Assembly (NCBI GenBank): GCA_946410555.1
Contig: CAMKAT010000003.1
Location: forward strand, 5,007-69,006
Length of the DNA stretch: 64,000 nt
DNA from: an uncultured Bacillales bacterium
GTDB lineage: Bacteria; Bacillota_I; Bacilli_A; RF39; UBA660
Reading direction: 5' to 3'
Positions 45,063 to 56,812 of the stretch are shown one piece after another. The translations under genes were made by a program, and so were the position numbers. Each line of letters begins with the position of its first letter. Position 1 is the stretch's first letter. The notes under the pieces were generated by a model. It saw only the letters and a program-made list of their open reading frames with translations, searched no databases and was not told the origin of the DNA.

Positions 45063-46094
45063 TTATTTTTCTCCTTTCAGAATACTTCCTAGAAGTATTG
45101 ATGAAATAATTGAGAATACTATTATCATTATTACATTATATATAAATGTTAGTTTAATAAAGAATATAGGTACTGTTCCTAAGAATAAACCTATTGTTGT
45201 AATACCAAAAGAAAGCCCAGGTTTACTCTTTAATACTGAAAGAATAATACCTAAAGTAATAGACATAGTCATAGAAAATAAACATATACCAAAAAGAGAT
45301 ACTAACATAAGTTTATCTCCACAACAAAGGAATGGTATTGATAAAAGTGTACTTAAAATAGCAACTTTTCTTATTCCAAACTTATCACTTAGTATTCCTC
45401 CGAGTGCTTTGCCTATTCCCATCGTAGTAAATAAAAGAATCATTTCTTGTGTAGTTTTATTCCATGATGTAGGTATTCCATAACCCATATAGCCTCTGAT
45501 AATAACTACAAAGAAAGCAATTAATATAGCTATATATGAATTAACATTCTTCTTTAAAAATGAATACTTAGTATATCCAGTTAGATTCTTCGTTTCTTCA
45601 TGAGTAAGTATTATTAAAGGAATCATTGATACAAGTGGAACAAAAAGAATACTTCCAAAAGTAAGTGAATCTGAAAGAAGTCTACCCACCATTACTCCGA
45701 ATGACCCTCCAGCAACAAAGATTGCAGTGTTGGATAACTTACCGTTTCCGTATTTAATGGTAGCTTCTGCCCCACTTACATGTAAGCATGCATTACCTAA
45801 ACAAATTATAAATAAAGGTATTAATACACTGACATCTATATATAAGAAGAATATATATCCTATAAAGAATAAAAGTATTCCAATTAATCCTATATTAATA
45901 TCTTTTCTTAAATCACTAATGTATCCAATCAAAGCTTGAGGTACAAAAGCAAAAGAATCATATATTAATGGTATAAGCCAAACTATTCCACTTTTATAGT
46001 TACTATAAAGAAAGTAAAAAGATAGAACTTCTACTACAAAATGTATATAAAAATATATAATTCCTATTTTGTTATTATCTATTTTTTTAATCAT
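45063..46094 (-). CDS. Multi-pass membrane protein (transporter-like, ~10 TM)
   Basis: 343 aa, almost entirely hydrophobic helices. No diagnostic motif recognised. Confidence 0.5.
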   Translation of the reverse strand: MIKKIDNNKIGIIYFYIHFVVEVLSFYFLYSNYKSGIVWLIPLIYDSFAFVPQALIGYISDLRKDINIGLIGILLFFIGYIFFLYIDVSVLIPLFIICLGNACLHVSGAEATIKYGNGKLSNTAIFVAGGSFGVMVGRLLSDSLTFGSILFVPLVSMIPLIILTHEETKNLTGYTKYSFLKKNVNSYIAILIAFFVVIIRGYMGYGIPTSWNKTTQEMILLFTTMGIGKALGGILSDKFGIRKVAILSTLLSIPFLCCGDKLMLVSLFGICLFSMTMSITLGIILSVLKSKPGLSFGITTIGLFLGTVPIFFIKLTFIYNVIMIIVFSIISSILLGSILKGEK

Positions 46095-46168
46095 TAATTA
46101 TCAACTCTCATACACTAAAATTATAGCATAAACTTTTAGCAAATATACTAGAGTTTTACATATATCAT

Positions 46169-46177
46169 TGGTATAAT
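46169..46177 (+). promoter_or_regulatory. Extended -10 element (TGGTATAAT) for the only plus-strand gene
   Basis: TGGTATAAT ends 6 nt before GTG 46184 and 15 nt before ATG 46193. No SD is visible. Confidence 0.45.
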
Positions 46178-46183
46178 TAATAC

Positions 46184-47503
46184 GTGAGTATTATGAATAA
46201 AAAAACTGAAAGAAAAACTAAATATAACAAAGTTAAAAGATTAAAAAAACTTAGAATGCTACTTTTAAAGAAAAAACATCAGAAGCTTAAACTCGCAAGA
46301 CTATTTAGTGTAATGAATGCTACTTTCTTAGTACTATTTATTATATCTTGTAATAGTTCTTACCTCTTTAATAAAGTATTCAAATGGATTTTCTTTATAG
46401 CCTTCGTAGCAAGTTTTATTGCATTTATATATTCAATCGTTGGTTATGTGTCTATTGATAGTGATTTAAAACTACCAGTTAAAAGATGGATAATAAATTC
46501 AATTACTATTATCTATATCACAGGATGTGTAATATTTATTAATCTACTTTATGGTCCTTTTCCTAAATTTAGAGAATGGTTAATAACTACTGCGATGGAA
46601 ACTATGAATCATCAGTACTTATGTAGAATATTCTATAATGATACATATATAAATAATTTACTTAGTTCAAACTATATTCTAGAACCTAACGAAGTTATGG
46701 ATACAGATTTAGTTAAAACTAATAAGAACTTATTTGAATATGATGAAAATAATGAATATGAAGTAAAGATGTTCAAGAATCATACTGAAGATGAAATATA
46801 TAGACTTATAAGATTTAAAGTAAATGGTCAAAATGCATATCTTGCTGTAGTATATGATCCAGCCTATTGTGAATTCTTAGCAAGTAAGAATGTACATGTA
46901 AGTGGTGAATATATCGTAGACATGGCAAAAAGAACAAATGCATTAATCGCTGTTAATGGTGGTAGATTTATTGATCCTACCAATAAGAGCAACGGAAACA
47001 ATCCTGCGGGTGTAACAATTCAAAAGCGTAAAATAATAACAGACCATCCTATTGAAAATGGTATGGGTGTTATTGGATTTAATAAAGATAATATATTAGT
47101 ACTTTACAAAAATAAAAATGCTCAAGAACTTCTAGATTTAGGAGTTAGAGATTGTGTTACTTCTATTCCATTCCTAATAGTTAATGGAGTTGCTTCATTT
47201 ACTAAAGGAAGCGGTGGTTATGGCTATGCTGCTAGAACTGCGATTGGACAAAGAAAAGATGGAGTTACATTAATACTTGTAGTTGATTCCAATGAAACTA
47301 GAACTAATGGTGCAAGTATGAAAGACTTAACTGATATAATGCTTAACTATGGTGCTATTAATGCTGCAGCTTTAGATGGTGGTACTTCTACTGTAATGGT
47401 AGAAAAAGGAATTACTATTTCTAGACCTATAAATGCATCTTTAAGAAATGTTACTAGACCAGTTGCTACTGGACTTGTAGTAAATCCAGAAAAATTAAAT
47501 TAA
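46184..47503 (+). CDS. Membrane-anchored phosphodiester glycosidase family protein (NAGPA/DUF2233-like)
   Basis: N-terminal basic region plus 3-4 TM helices. C-terminal domain has LIAVNGGRF, AARTAIGQRKDG and INAAALDGGTSTVM, typical of the phosphodiester glycosidase family. Alternative start at ATG 46193. Confidence 0.7.
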   Translation: MSIMNKKTERKTKYNKVKRLKKLRMLLLKKKHQKLKLARLFSVMNATFLVLFIISCNSSYLFNKVFKWIFFIAFVASFIAFIYSIVGYVSIDSDLKLPVKRWIINSITIIYITGCVIFINLLYGPFPKFREWLITTAMETMNHQYLCRIFYNDTYINNLLSSNYILEPNEVMDTDLVKTNKNLFEYDENNEYEVKMFKNHTEDEIYRLIRFKVNGQNAYLAVVYDPAYCEFLASKNVHVSGEYIVDMAKRTNALIAVNGGRFIDPTNKSNGNNPAGVTIQKRKIITDHPIENGMGVIGFNKDNILVLYKNKNAQELLDLGVRDCVTSIPFLIVNGVASFTKGSGGYGYAARTAIGQRKDGVTLILVVDSNETRTNGASMKDLTDIMLNYGAINAAALDGGTSTVMVEKGITISRPINASLRNVTRPVATGLVVNPEKLN

Positions 47504-47531
47504 TACATTCTTAATTGAATGTATTTTTTTA
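47503..47531 (+). terminator. Intrinsic terminator of the plus-strand gene
   Basis: Stem ATACATTC / GAATGTAT with a 6-nt loop begins at the stop codon and is followed by TTTTTTT. Confidence 0.75.
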
Positions 47532-47535
47532 TGTA

Positions 47536-47562
47536 ATAAAAAAGGATGACTTTTGTCATCCT
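47536..47562 (-). terminator. Intrinsic terminator of gene 47568..49697 (convergent with the previous one)
   Basis: Stem AGGATGAC / GTCATCCT with loop TTTT, followed on the minus strand by TTTTTTATTAC. Confidence 0.75.
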
Positions 47563-47567
47563 AAAAT

Positions 47568-49697
47568 CTATACCCAGAATTCAAATATTTGTCTTATTTG
47601 ATAATAGAACATATATCTAGTAAGTGTTGTATCTGTAAGTAAGAAACAAATACTTGAAAGAATAATAGATATAAATATTATTCTTAATACAGATAATCTT
47701 AATTTACTCTTAGTTAATTCAGGTTCAAATTTAAATGTAGCTATGATTGTAGCAAAGTAAATCATGAAGCCAAAGTCTAATATATATCTAGGTAGGATAC
47801 CTGCCATTTCAGTATCAACTATTGCAATTATTAGTGAGAATACTAAGTACATAATACTTAATATGTATGGTAGTTTATTTCTAAATCTATTTTTAATCTT
47901 ATATAAGAATAAACTTAATATACATAATGCATTTGACCAGAAGAATCCAGCAGGCATTGTTTCATAAATAGTAGTTCCTATGTAATTAATAACTACATCT
48001 TTTCTTAAGATAAATGGGAACTTAACAGATAAAAGTGGTGCATTAACAAAGTAATAGAAAATACCACTTGGAATTCTACCCATTACCCATCCTCTCTTAG
48101 TCATATCATTTGTAGTTAAGTTATAGTTAGCTCCAAAGTCTGTTACTGAACCAAATCTTAAATAGTTATAAGCCATTAATAGTCCAGCTACTACTAAGTA
48201 AGGAAGTACAAATGCAAATACTTTCTTTAGATTCTCTTTCTTCATTAATTCTTTAACTTTATCCCAGAAGATTGGAATTGCTAAGAATGAAGTAAGTAGA
48301 AGTTGTGGTCTACATGCAGCAACTAATGCCATACATAAACTACCAAGTAGATAATATCTAGTTTTATTTGTTTCACGTGCTTTTAACCAAGCAATTAAAC
48401 CATATAAGCTAAACATTACTCCCATTAATATTGGTAAATAATAATGATCTGGTCTTCCATAAGTATGTAAGATTCCACATCCATTAACGAAACTTAAGAA
48501 TAGTATTATAAATAATCCTAAGTTAACATCATTCTTAAACCACATTTTAACTATACGTTTCATAAGCAAGAAGACTGCTAATGTACAAAGTAAACCAGTT
48601 ATAAATATACATGTACTTGTTTTAATATGTGTTTTAAATATTAAGTAATGAGGTAAATAATAGAAGATTACTGGAGCTACTCCAAAATAAACATAATACT
48701 TTCCTTTATAATAAGCACAATCCCAAAGATATTCTTCATCACTATCTTTGAAGATTGAATCTCTCTTATTAGTGTCATATGGATTCTTCATATTCTTTAG
48801 AAGTTCACTTGGTTCTTCTTCAAGATAAAGGTGTCCATGAGAAAAACTTTCAGCAAGGAACTTATATTGATCTCTTTGTCCTGTTTGAATACCAAAGTTT
48901 TCTTTAACAAAGTATCCATTTAAACTAAATGCAAATATAAATAATGCAAGTTGAGCTACTAACATACCAATTAAGTATTTCTTAGATTCTTTATCCCCTA
49001 GTTTAAGTTTCCAAATCTTTGCTTTAGGTCCAAATACAATCCATAATAAGAATACAAAATAAATGCTTAACATTCTAATTATAGAGAAATTAAAGTTATA
49101 TTTCTTATTAATTACAATCTTATTAATTGCAAAGTATTGATCATCTCCACCATTAAAGTAAATTCTTAATTTAGATGATTTACCAGCAAGATTAAAGTGC
49201 ATTATATCTCCAGTATCTTTAGATGCTAAGATAGATCTTGATTGAGTATATTTATACTTACTATTAGCAGCATCAGTATAACCAAAAGATACCCAGATAA
49301 CTTGATTCTTTAATTGATCACCTTTATATGTTCTTGAATCTAAATCAATATATACATCTTTGATTTCTTCATTCAAATCAATAACTTCAATACAATTTCT
49401 TGTTCCTTGAGCAATATTAATTGTACCTTCATCATCAATGTCTAATCCTTCACATAAAGTATAATCTTTATTAGTTATTACATGTTCTTCATAATTCATA
49501 GATTCATAGAATCTAAAATTAAATAAAGATGATTCTAATACTATTAGAACTATCCATACAATTAAACTATATTTTATAAATTTATTCTTTTTAAATCTAA
49601 CGTATAAGCATATATGAGTTAATAATATAATTAATGACACAATAATAGATATTATGTTCATAGGTAATCCAACCATAATTACACTACTCCTTTTCAT
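47568..49697 (-). CDS. Large polytopic membrane protein, GT-C-like glycosyltransferase candidate
   Basis: 709 aa. Two N-terminal TM helices, a ~150-aa extracytoplasmic beta domain, then about 12 TM helices with large loops. The topology resembles ArnT/PMT/YfhO-type enzymes, but no motif was verified. Confidence 0.35.
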   Translation of the reverse strand: MKRSSVIMVGLPMNIISIIVSLIILLTHICLYVRFKKNKFIKYSLIVWIVLIVLESSLFNFRFYESMNYEEHVITNKDYTLCEGLDIDDEGTINIAQGTRNCIEVIDLNEEIKDVYIDLDSRTYKGDQLKNQVIWVSFGYTDAANSKYKYTQSRSILASKDTGDIMHFNLAGKSSKLRIYFNGGDDQYFAINKIVINKKYNFNFSIIRMLSIYFVFLLWIVFGPKAKIWKLKLGDKESKKYLIGMLVAQLALFIFAFSLNGYFVKENFGIQTGQRDQYKFLAESFSHGHLYLEEEPSELLKNMKNPYDTNKRDSIFKDSDEEYLWDCAYYKGKYYVYFGVAPVIFYYLPHYLIFKTHIKTSTCIFITGLLCTLAVFLLMKRIVKMWFKNDVNLGLFIILFLSFVNGCGILHTYGRPDHYYLPILMGVMFSLYGLIAWLKARETNKTRYYLLGSLCMALVAACRPQLLLTSFLAIPIFWDKVKELMKKENLKKVFAFVLPYLVVAGLLMAYNYLRFGSVTDFGANYNLTTNDMTKRGWVMGRIPSGIFYYFVNAPLLSVKFPFILRKDVVINYIGTTIYETMPAGFFWSNALCILSLFLYKIKNRFRNKLPYILSIMYLVFSLIIAIVDTEMAGILPRYILDFGFMIYFATIIATFKFEPELTKSKLRLSVLRIIFISIILSSICFLLTDTTLTRYMFYYQIRQIFEFWV

Positions 49698-49735
49698 TTA
49701 AATTTTATCACTTAAACCTCACGTAAACAATTACT

Positions 49736-50560
49736 TTACATTGCATCTATTAAAATACCAAATAATACACCTGTTAAGTAAATGATAGAAATAATTGTTA
49801 AATTTTCTTTTAAATTCTTATTTTGTTTAAATAAAAGTAATATACCAATACCTGCCCCTGGAAGTAATCCAGCAAGTAAAGTTCCTATAGTAATTAAATT
49901 AGATAAATATACTTGAGTAAGAATTACAGATGCAGCACAGTTAGGAATAAGTCCAAATAAAGAAGCAACTAAATACTTAAATATATTTTTACCTAATAGC
50001 ATATTAGTTAATGCTGTTTCACCTATATAATCAATAAGTAAATTAATAGCAAAATTAGCACTAAGAATAAATAAAGTGATTTTTAAAGTATGAATTAAAC
50101 TAGACATTACTATTCCATGATGTTCACAATCACAATGGTCATGTTCACATAACTCATGTACATGTAACTTTTCTTTCTTAGGTTTAATGATTAAATCTAC
50201 AAGTAAACCTATAACTATGGCAATAACTAGTTTAAATAAAAGAATCATTCCTAATTCTTTAAAAGCAGTATGTTCGGATAACATAATTGGAAGCATCTCA
50301 TCACTTGTAGATAAGAAAACTGCAATTATAGTACCCATAGTAATTACTCTTGATGAATAAAGATTAGAAGCTACTGCACTAAATCCACATTGAGGAAATA
50401 CTCCTAAGAATGCTCCTAAGATTGGTCCAAACTTTTTATTTTCTGTTTTTTTATTCTTATTTACTTTATGTTCTATTAACTCTAGTAATATAAAAGTAAC
50501 AAATAAGAATGGTACTATATGTAATGTATCAATTATTGCATCTTTTAGACAATCTAACAT
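49736..50560 (-). CDS. Polytopic permease with a Cys/His-rich loop (ArsP_2-like putative metal transporter)
   Basis: ATG 50560 (GAGGTG SD 6 nt upstream) is preferred over track GTG 50569. Central HELCEHDHCDCEHHG loop between two hydrophobic halves. Confidence 0.45.
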   Translation of the reverse strand: MLDCLKDAIIDTLHIVPFLFVTFILLELIEHKVNKNKKTENKKFGPILGAFLGVFPQCGFSAVASNLYSSRVITMGTIIAVFLSTSDEMLPIMLSEHTAFKELGMILLFKLVIAIVIGLLVDLIIKPKKEKLHVHELCEHDHCDCEHHGIVMSSLIHTLKITLFILSANFAINLLIDYIGETALTNMLLGKNIFKYLVASLFGLIPNCAASVILTQVYLSNLITIGTLLAGLLPGAGIGILLLFKQNKNLKENLTIISIIYLTGVLFGILIDAM

Positions 50561-50617
50561 AAAAATCACCTCAAAACATATCGTTAAGATTATATAATAA
50601 AATACTCAAATACTCAA

Positions 50618-50645
50618 TAAAAAAAGGACACTAGAATTAGTGCCC
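50618..50645 (-). terminator. Intrinsic terminator after gene 50637..51356
   Basis: Imperfect stem GGACACTA / TAGTGCCC overlaps the stop and is followed on the minus strand by TTTTTTTATT. Confidence 0.6.
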
Positions 50646-51356
50646 ATAGTAATCTTTAGTAATAATTAAATCACAGCTTCTCTTTCTTATATCTTTAATA
50701 AGAGTCTTTTTTCTTTTAGATTCAGATTCATAATATTCAATAAAATCTGTTAAAGATTCACTATTATATAAACAATTTGCTAATTCAGTATCATAAGTTG
50801 CTATTTTATCAATTAGTCTTACTCCATATACTGAGCTTTTAATTATTTTTTTTATAAATCTTATATTATCTCTATATAATTCATCGCTTTCTTTATTATC
50901 TAAGAATGCTCCATTATCTAAATCTATTAATTTAAATCCGAGTTTTTCATTATACAGAATATTTCTATAATTATCATCTCTTAATATATACTTTTCTTCA
51001 CTAATCTTGTAAGTATCTTCTTCAAGTCTTTTTAAATCATCTATGAATTTAGAAGCGTTCACTCTTAAACTTAATCTATTTACATTTTTAGCTTTAATAT
51101 AATCCATACCATATCCAGCTAAGAAACCTCTATCATCAGTTATTTTAAACTTTGGTGTCACATATGAATTTAAGTTAATTCTTGATAAACGCTCTAATTG
51201 ATAGTCTATATCCATAGTATTAAATATTGCTGTCATTGTATTATTACATTTATATATCTTATAGGCATTCTTTTTATCATGATAAACATATGCTTGAGTT
51301 CCTTGATGAAAAAAAAGAGACAATCTTTTAATTTCACTTGATTTTATTGATTCCAT
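50637..51356 (-). CDS. Hypothetical protein with a protein-kinase-like motif pattern
   Basis: ATG 51356 (AGGTGA SD 5 nt upstream) is preferred over track GTG 51365. AYKIYK (beta3 Lys?), LRDDNYRNILYN (catalytic-loop-like D..N) and KLIDLDNG (DFG-like). Weak, pattern-level only. Confidence 0.4.
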   Translation of the reverse strand: MESIKSSEIKRLSLFFHQGTQAYVYHDKKNAYKIYKCNNTMTAIFNTMDIDYQLERLSRINLNSYVTPKFKITDDRGFLAGYGMDYIKAKNVNRLSLRVNASKFIDDLKRLEEDTYKISEEKYILRDDNYRNILYNEKLGFKLIDLDNGAFLDNKESDELYRDNIRFIKKIIKSSVYGVRLIDKIATYDTELANCLYNSESLTDFIEYYESESKRKKTLIKDIRKRSCDLIITKDYYGH

Positions 51357-51377
51357 ATAAATCACCTGGGTAATATT

Positions 51378-51414
51378 ATAAAAAAATAAGAATAAAAGTC
51401 AATTTATTCTTATT
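51378..51414 (-). terminator. Intrinsic terminator after lepB
   Basis: 12-bp perfect stem AATAAGAATAAA / TTTATTCTTATT overlaps the stop and is followed on the minus strand by TTTTTTTATAAT (also the -10 of the next gene). Confidence 0.7.
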
Positions 51415-52066
51415 TTACTGATCCAAATCTATTAAATGGTAATATTACGAATGAAGTAATTCCTTTGATATCCTTTTTACTAATAGTACCAATCATTCTT
51501 GAGTCTTTAGAGACTCCTCTATTATCACCCATTACATAATATTCGCCTTCTGGTACTGTTATTTCTTCTTCACATATATCAGTATTATCATACTTGCATG
51601 TGTTTATTCTAGCAGTATCAGTTATGAATTTTTCTTCAATTTCTTTACCATTAATTAATAAGTGAGCTACTCTTGAAGAACCATTGTCTTCAATCTTATA
51701 TTGAATTTTTTCTCCAGGTAAAGCAATTACTCTTTTAATAAGTTTACCTTCATCTGTATCAATAACTACGATATCAAATCTTTTAATTCCAACTGTTTTA
51801 AGTCTCAATTTATATAAAAGCATAATATCTTTATTATGTAATGTTGGATACATACTTTCTCCACTTACATCTACTGGAGTCATAATAAATGTTCTAATAA
51901 GTACAACAAATACAATAATAATTATATAAGGTACTAACTCTTTAAACATTTCTTTTTTAGCACTCTTAGTAGCTGCATCAATTTCTTCTTGAGTATACTT
52001 CTTTTTTTCAGGTATTTCTATTTTTTCTGTAGTTTCTTTTTCTACAGTTTTCTTCTTGTTTGCCAT
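51410..52066 (-). CDS. lepB: Signal peptidase I
   Basis: SGESMYPTL (catalytic Ser), KRVIALPGE (catalytic Lys), GDNRGVSKDSR. ATG 52066 (GGTGAT SD) is preferred because track ATG 52078 lies only 4 nt downstream of the -10 box. Confidence 0.9.
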   Translation of the reverse strand: MANKKKTVEKETTEKIEIPEKKKYTQEEIDAATKSAKKEMFKELVPYIIIIVFVVLIRTFIMTPVDVSGESMYPTLHNKDIMLLYKLRLKTVGIKRFDIVVIDTDEGKLIKRVIALPGEKIQYKIEDNGSSRVAHLLINGKEIEEKFITDTARINTCKYDNTDICEEEITVPEGEYYVMGDNRGVSKDSRMIGTISKKDIKGITSFVILPFNRFGSVK

Positions 52067-52082
52067 TTTAATCACCATTAAA

Positions 52083-52091
52083 ATTATATCA
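52083..52091 (-). promoter_or_regulatory. Extended -10 element (TGATATAAT) of lepB
   Basis: Minus strand reads TATGATATAATTTTAATGGTGATTAAAATG. Confidence 0.5.
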
Positions 52092-52159
52092 TAAAATAAA
52101 TATGCAATAAATATAATTATCGTTTATAAAACCCACAGCTTTTATATAAAAATAACTAA

Positions 52160-52187
52160 TAAAAAAAAGAAACTAATCTTAGTTTCT
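52160..52187 (-). terminator. Intrinsic terminator after rplS
   Basis: Stem GAAACTA / TAGTTTC overlaps the stop codon and is followed on the minus strand by TTTTTTTTATT. Confidence 0.7.
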
Positions 52188-52517
52188 TTCTTTAACTTTG
52201 TATTCCCCAGACATCTTATCAATGAAGTTAAGTTTAGCTCTTCTAACATGTCCTTTTCTAGTTACAGTAATTTTGTCAACTAATGGTGAATTAACTTTGA
52301 AAATTCTCTTAACCCAAACGCTACCAGATTTTTTTCTTACAGTTACAGTAGCTCCGATTGATCCACCTTTCATTGATACTACTAATCCTTCGAAAGCTTG
52401 GATTCTTTCCTTGTTACCTTCTTTGATTTTGTAGTCTACTCTTACAGTATCTCCAACACGAAATTCAGGAATATCAGTTCTTACAGATTTAGCGTTTACT
52501 TTATCTACTAAATTCAT
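52179..52517 (-). CDS. rplS: 50S ribosomal protein L19
   Basis: 112 aa. FRVGDTVRVDYKIKEGNKERIQAFEGLVV...RRAKL is an unmistakable L19 sequence. Confidence 0.95.
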   Translation of the reverse strand: MNLVDKVNAKSVRTDIPEFRVGDTVRVDYKIKEGNKERIQAFEGLVVSMKGGSIGATVTVRKKSGSVWVKRIFKVNSPLVDKITVTRKGHVRRAKLNFIDKMSGEYKVKERN

Positions 52518-52608
52518 CTTAAAACCAATCCTTTCTAATAATATACACCCACAGAATCATAAGCATTTGCTCAGCGGATTAAGTTTAGCTTTTTCACAAA
52601 GCAAAAAT

Positions 52609-52637
52609 AGTATACCATGTATACTATCCTTTTGCAA
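52609..52637 (-). promoter_or_regulatory. Sigma-A-type promoter of rplS (TTGCAA - 17 nt - TATACT) with a ~90-nt 5' UTR
   Basis: -35 at 52632-52637 and -10 at 52609-52614 with a 17-nt spacer. The UTR occupies the position where the L19 leader element is known in Firmicutes, but I could not verify that structure. Confidence 0.5.
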
Positions 52638-52644
52638 GTCATAA

Positions 52645-53022
52645 TTATTTAGTTAACTTTTTAACGTGTTTATCAGCGTTATTTAAATCATTTTCTATAT
52701 GATATAGTTCTTCTCTTTTTTCAGGTAAATCCATTTCTATATCAGTTGCTTCATAAGCATTTTTTAATAGTCTTAAAGCACCACCGACAACACCAAATGC
52801 TAATGGAGGAGCCATTAGACTCATAGTTTCATCACTAAATTTTGAAATAGCACCAAGACAGATAACTCCGATTGAAGTAACCATAATTGCACCATCAATT
52901 ATGCATCTTTTTTCACAATCGTGTAGGTCTTTTTCATCACTTATAATTTCATTTTTCTTTAATACTTTTCTAAATAATGCATTATTTTTAAGTTTCATTG
53001 ATTCATTATATTCTTTATTCAT
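52645..53022 (-). CDS. Small membrane protein (125 aa)
   Basis: ATG start. Two central hydrophobic helices (IIDGAIMVTSIGVICLGAI; LMAPPLAFGVVGGALRLL). Confidence 0.55.
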   Translation of the reverse strand: MNKEYNESMKLKNNALFRKVLKKNEIISDEKDLHDCEKRCIIDGAIMVTSIGVICLGAISKFSDETMSLMAPPLAFGVVGGALRLLKNAYEATDIEMDLPEKREELYHIENDLNNADKHVKKLTK

Positions 53023-53053
53023 AATTTTAACCTCTTTTCCGAAAGCAAATAAA

Positions 53054-53082
53054 ATAATACCATAAAATCATTATTTTATCAA
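53054..53082 (-). promoter_or_regulatory. Sigma-A-type promoter (TTGATA - 17 nt - TGgTATTAT)
   Basis: -35 TTGATA at 53077-53082, 17-nt spacer, -10 TATTAT at 53054-53059 with an upstream TG. About 30 nt upstream of ATG 53022. Confidence 0.5.
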
Positions 53083-53096
53083 ATTAAAGAAAGTGA

Positions 53097-54643
<1,547 letters not shown>

Positions 54644-54669
54644 AAACTTAAACCTCACTTATTTACTTA

Positions 54670-55698
54670 TTAATCTATGATTAACATTGCATCTCCAAAG
54701 GAGAAAAATCTAAACTTATTATCTACAGCATATTTATATGCATTCATAATATTTTCTTTACCTGCAAGTGCAGATACTAACATTACTAATGTACTCTTTG
54801 GTAAATGAAAATTAGTAATTAAATTATCTATTCCTTTGAATTCAAAACCAGGATAAATAAATATACTAGTTTCTGATACTTCTGGAGTAAATTCATCAAA
54901 TTTAGATCTATTAGTTTCAAGTACTCTTGTTGAAGTTGTTCCTACAGCAAATATCTTCCCACCATTTGCTCTTATTTTATTTAATTTCTCACAAGAATCT
55001 TTAGATAGTACATAAGACTCAGTATGCATTACATGTTTAGATACATCATCAACTTGAACTGGTCTAAATGTCCCTAACCCTACATTTAATGTAACTGGAA
55101 TAATTTCTATTCCTTTAGCTCTAACTTTATCTAGTAATTCTTCAGTAAAATGTAATCCAGCAGTTGGAGCAGCAGCAGATCCATAATTCTTAGCATAAAC
55201 TGTTTGATACATATCTTGATTATCTAGTTTTTCATGAATATATGGAGGAAGTGGCATTGTTCCAAGTCTTTCAAGGATTTCCATAAGAATTCCTTTATAT
55301 AAAAGTTTAACATGAGTAATACCATCAGGTAAGATTTCTGTTACTTCAGCTTTTAGCGATCCATCACCAAATGTAACAATAGTACCTATATGTAATCTCT
55401 TTTGTGGTTTAGATAAACATTCCCATTCATCTTTACCTAACTCTTTTAAAAGTAATAATTCTATTACTGCATGAGTATCAACTTTCTCACCAATTATTCT
55501 TGCTGGAATAACCTTAGTATCATTAATAACTAATGCATCTCCAGGATTTAAATAATCTATAATATCTGAGAATACTTTTTCTTCAATTTCACCAGTTTTT
55601 TTATGTAATACAAGTAGTCTTGCTTGGTCACGTTCTAAAAGAGGACTTTGGGCAATTAACTCTTCTGGTAAATAATAATCGAAATCATTAGTTCTCAT
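54670..55698 (-). CDS. queA: S-adenosylmethionine:tRNA ribosyltransferase-isomerase
   Basis: [20 protein letters not shown] is the canonical QueA N-terminus. ATG 55698 has a GAGGTG SD, so the track start at 55755 is an upstream in-frame extension. Confidence 0.95.
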   Translation of the reverse strand: MRTNDFDYYLPEELIAQSPLLERDQARLLVLHKKTGEIEEKVFSDIIDYLNPGDALVINDTKVIPARIIGEKVDTHAVIELLLLKELGKDEWECLSKPQKRLHIGTIVTFGDGSLKAEVTEILPDGITHVKLLYKGILMEILERLGTMPLPPYIHEKLDNQDMYQTVYAKNYGSAAAPTAGLHFTEELLDKVRAKGIEIIPVTLNVGLGTFRPVQVDDVSKHVMHTESYVLSKDSCEKLNKIRANGGKIFAVGTTSTRVLETNRSKFDEFTPEVSETSIFIYPGFEFKGIDNLITNFHLPKSTLVMLVSALAGKENIMNAYKYAVDNKFRFFSFGDAMLIID

Positions 55699-55799
55699 GT
55701 ATTTCACCTCTTTTTTCATCGTGTATAGTATACAATAGTTGCCCGTTTTAATCAAATATGTTTAAGGAAAAATAAAAAGGAAATTTAATTCCTTTTTGC

Positions 55800-56801
55800 T
55801 TAAAATAATCTATTATCACTTATACCAATATGTTTATAAGCTTTTTCTGTAGCTACTCTACCTCTAGGTGTTCTTTTTATGAATCCTTCTTGCATTAAGA
55901 ATGGTTCTACTACTTCTTCAAGTGTAGATATTTCTTCTCCGATTGCGCTTGAAATAGTTTCGACTCCGACTGGACCTCCATTGAATTTTTCGATAAGCGT
56001 AGAAAGGTATTCAATGTCTATTCTATCAAGTCCATATTCATCTACTTTTAATCTATTTAAACTCTTTTTAGTTACTTCATCATTTATTTCATCTAAACCA
56101 TCAACAAGAGCAAAGTCTCTTACTCTTTTGAATAACCTATTAGCTATTCTTGGTGTTTTTCTAGATCTTTTAGCTAGTTCTAAAGCTGCTGAATCAGTTA
56201 TTGGCATATCAAGTACTCTACTTGTTCTTTTAACAATACTACTTAATTCTTCATCAGTATAATATTCAAGTTTATTTACTATTCCAAATCTATCTCTTAA
56301 AGGACTTGAAACATCACCAGCACGAGTTGTTGCACCAACCAAAGTGAATGGTGGTAAATCTATTTTTATACTTCTTGATGAAGAATCAGAACCTACAACT
56401 ATATCAAGTTCAAAGTCTTCCATCGCAGGATAAAGCATTTCTTCAATAAACTTAGGAAGTCTATGTATTTCATCAATGAATAAGACATCCCCAGGTTCTA
56501 GAGTTGAAAGAACTGCTGCTAAGTCACCACTCTTTTCGATTGATGGGCCACTTGCTGTTTTAAAGTTAGCACCTAATTCATTTGCGATAATATGAGCAAG
56601 TGTTGTTTTACCTAATCCAGGAGGACCATATAATAAAACATGATCTAGAGATTCATCTCTCATCTTAGCAGCTTCAATAAAAACTCTTAGATTCTCTTTA
56701 ACTTCTTTTTGTCCAACATATTCATCTAATATTTGAGGTCTTATGTTAGATTCAAATATTTCATCATTTCTTTTAGTGTCATAAAGTTCATTGGATTTCA
56801 T
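55800..56801 (-). CDS. ruvB: Holliday junction branch migration helicase RuvB
   Basis: [12 protein letters not shown], Walker [12 protein letters not shown], Walker [10 protein letters not shown], sensor GATTRAG. Confidence 0.95.
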   Translation of the reverse strand: MKSNELYDTKRNDEIFESNIRPQILDEYVGQKEVKENLRVFIEAAKMRDESLDHVLLYGPPGLGKTTLAHIIANELGANFKTASGPSIEKSGDLAAVLSTLEPGDVLFIDEIHRLPKFIEEMLYPAMEDFELDIVVGSDSSSRSIKIDLPPFTLVGATTRAGDVSSPLRDRFGIVNKLEYYTDEELSSIVKRTSRVLDMPITDSAALELAKRSRKTPRIANRLFKRVRDFALVDGLDEINDEVTKKSLNRLKVDEYGLDRIDIEYLSTLIEKFNGGPVGVETISSAIGEEISTLEEVVEPFLMQEGFIKRTPRGRVATEKAYKHIGISDNRLF

Positions 56802-56812
56802 ATAACACCTCC

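Noticed and set aside
52518-52608. Possible L19 ribosomal-protein leader (autoregulatory RNA) in the rplS 5' UTR
   Set aside because: The position and UTR length fit, but I could not recognise the conserved stems of the known motif by eye. It needs a covariance-model search (Rfam L19_leader) before it can be called.
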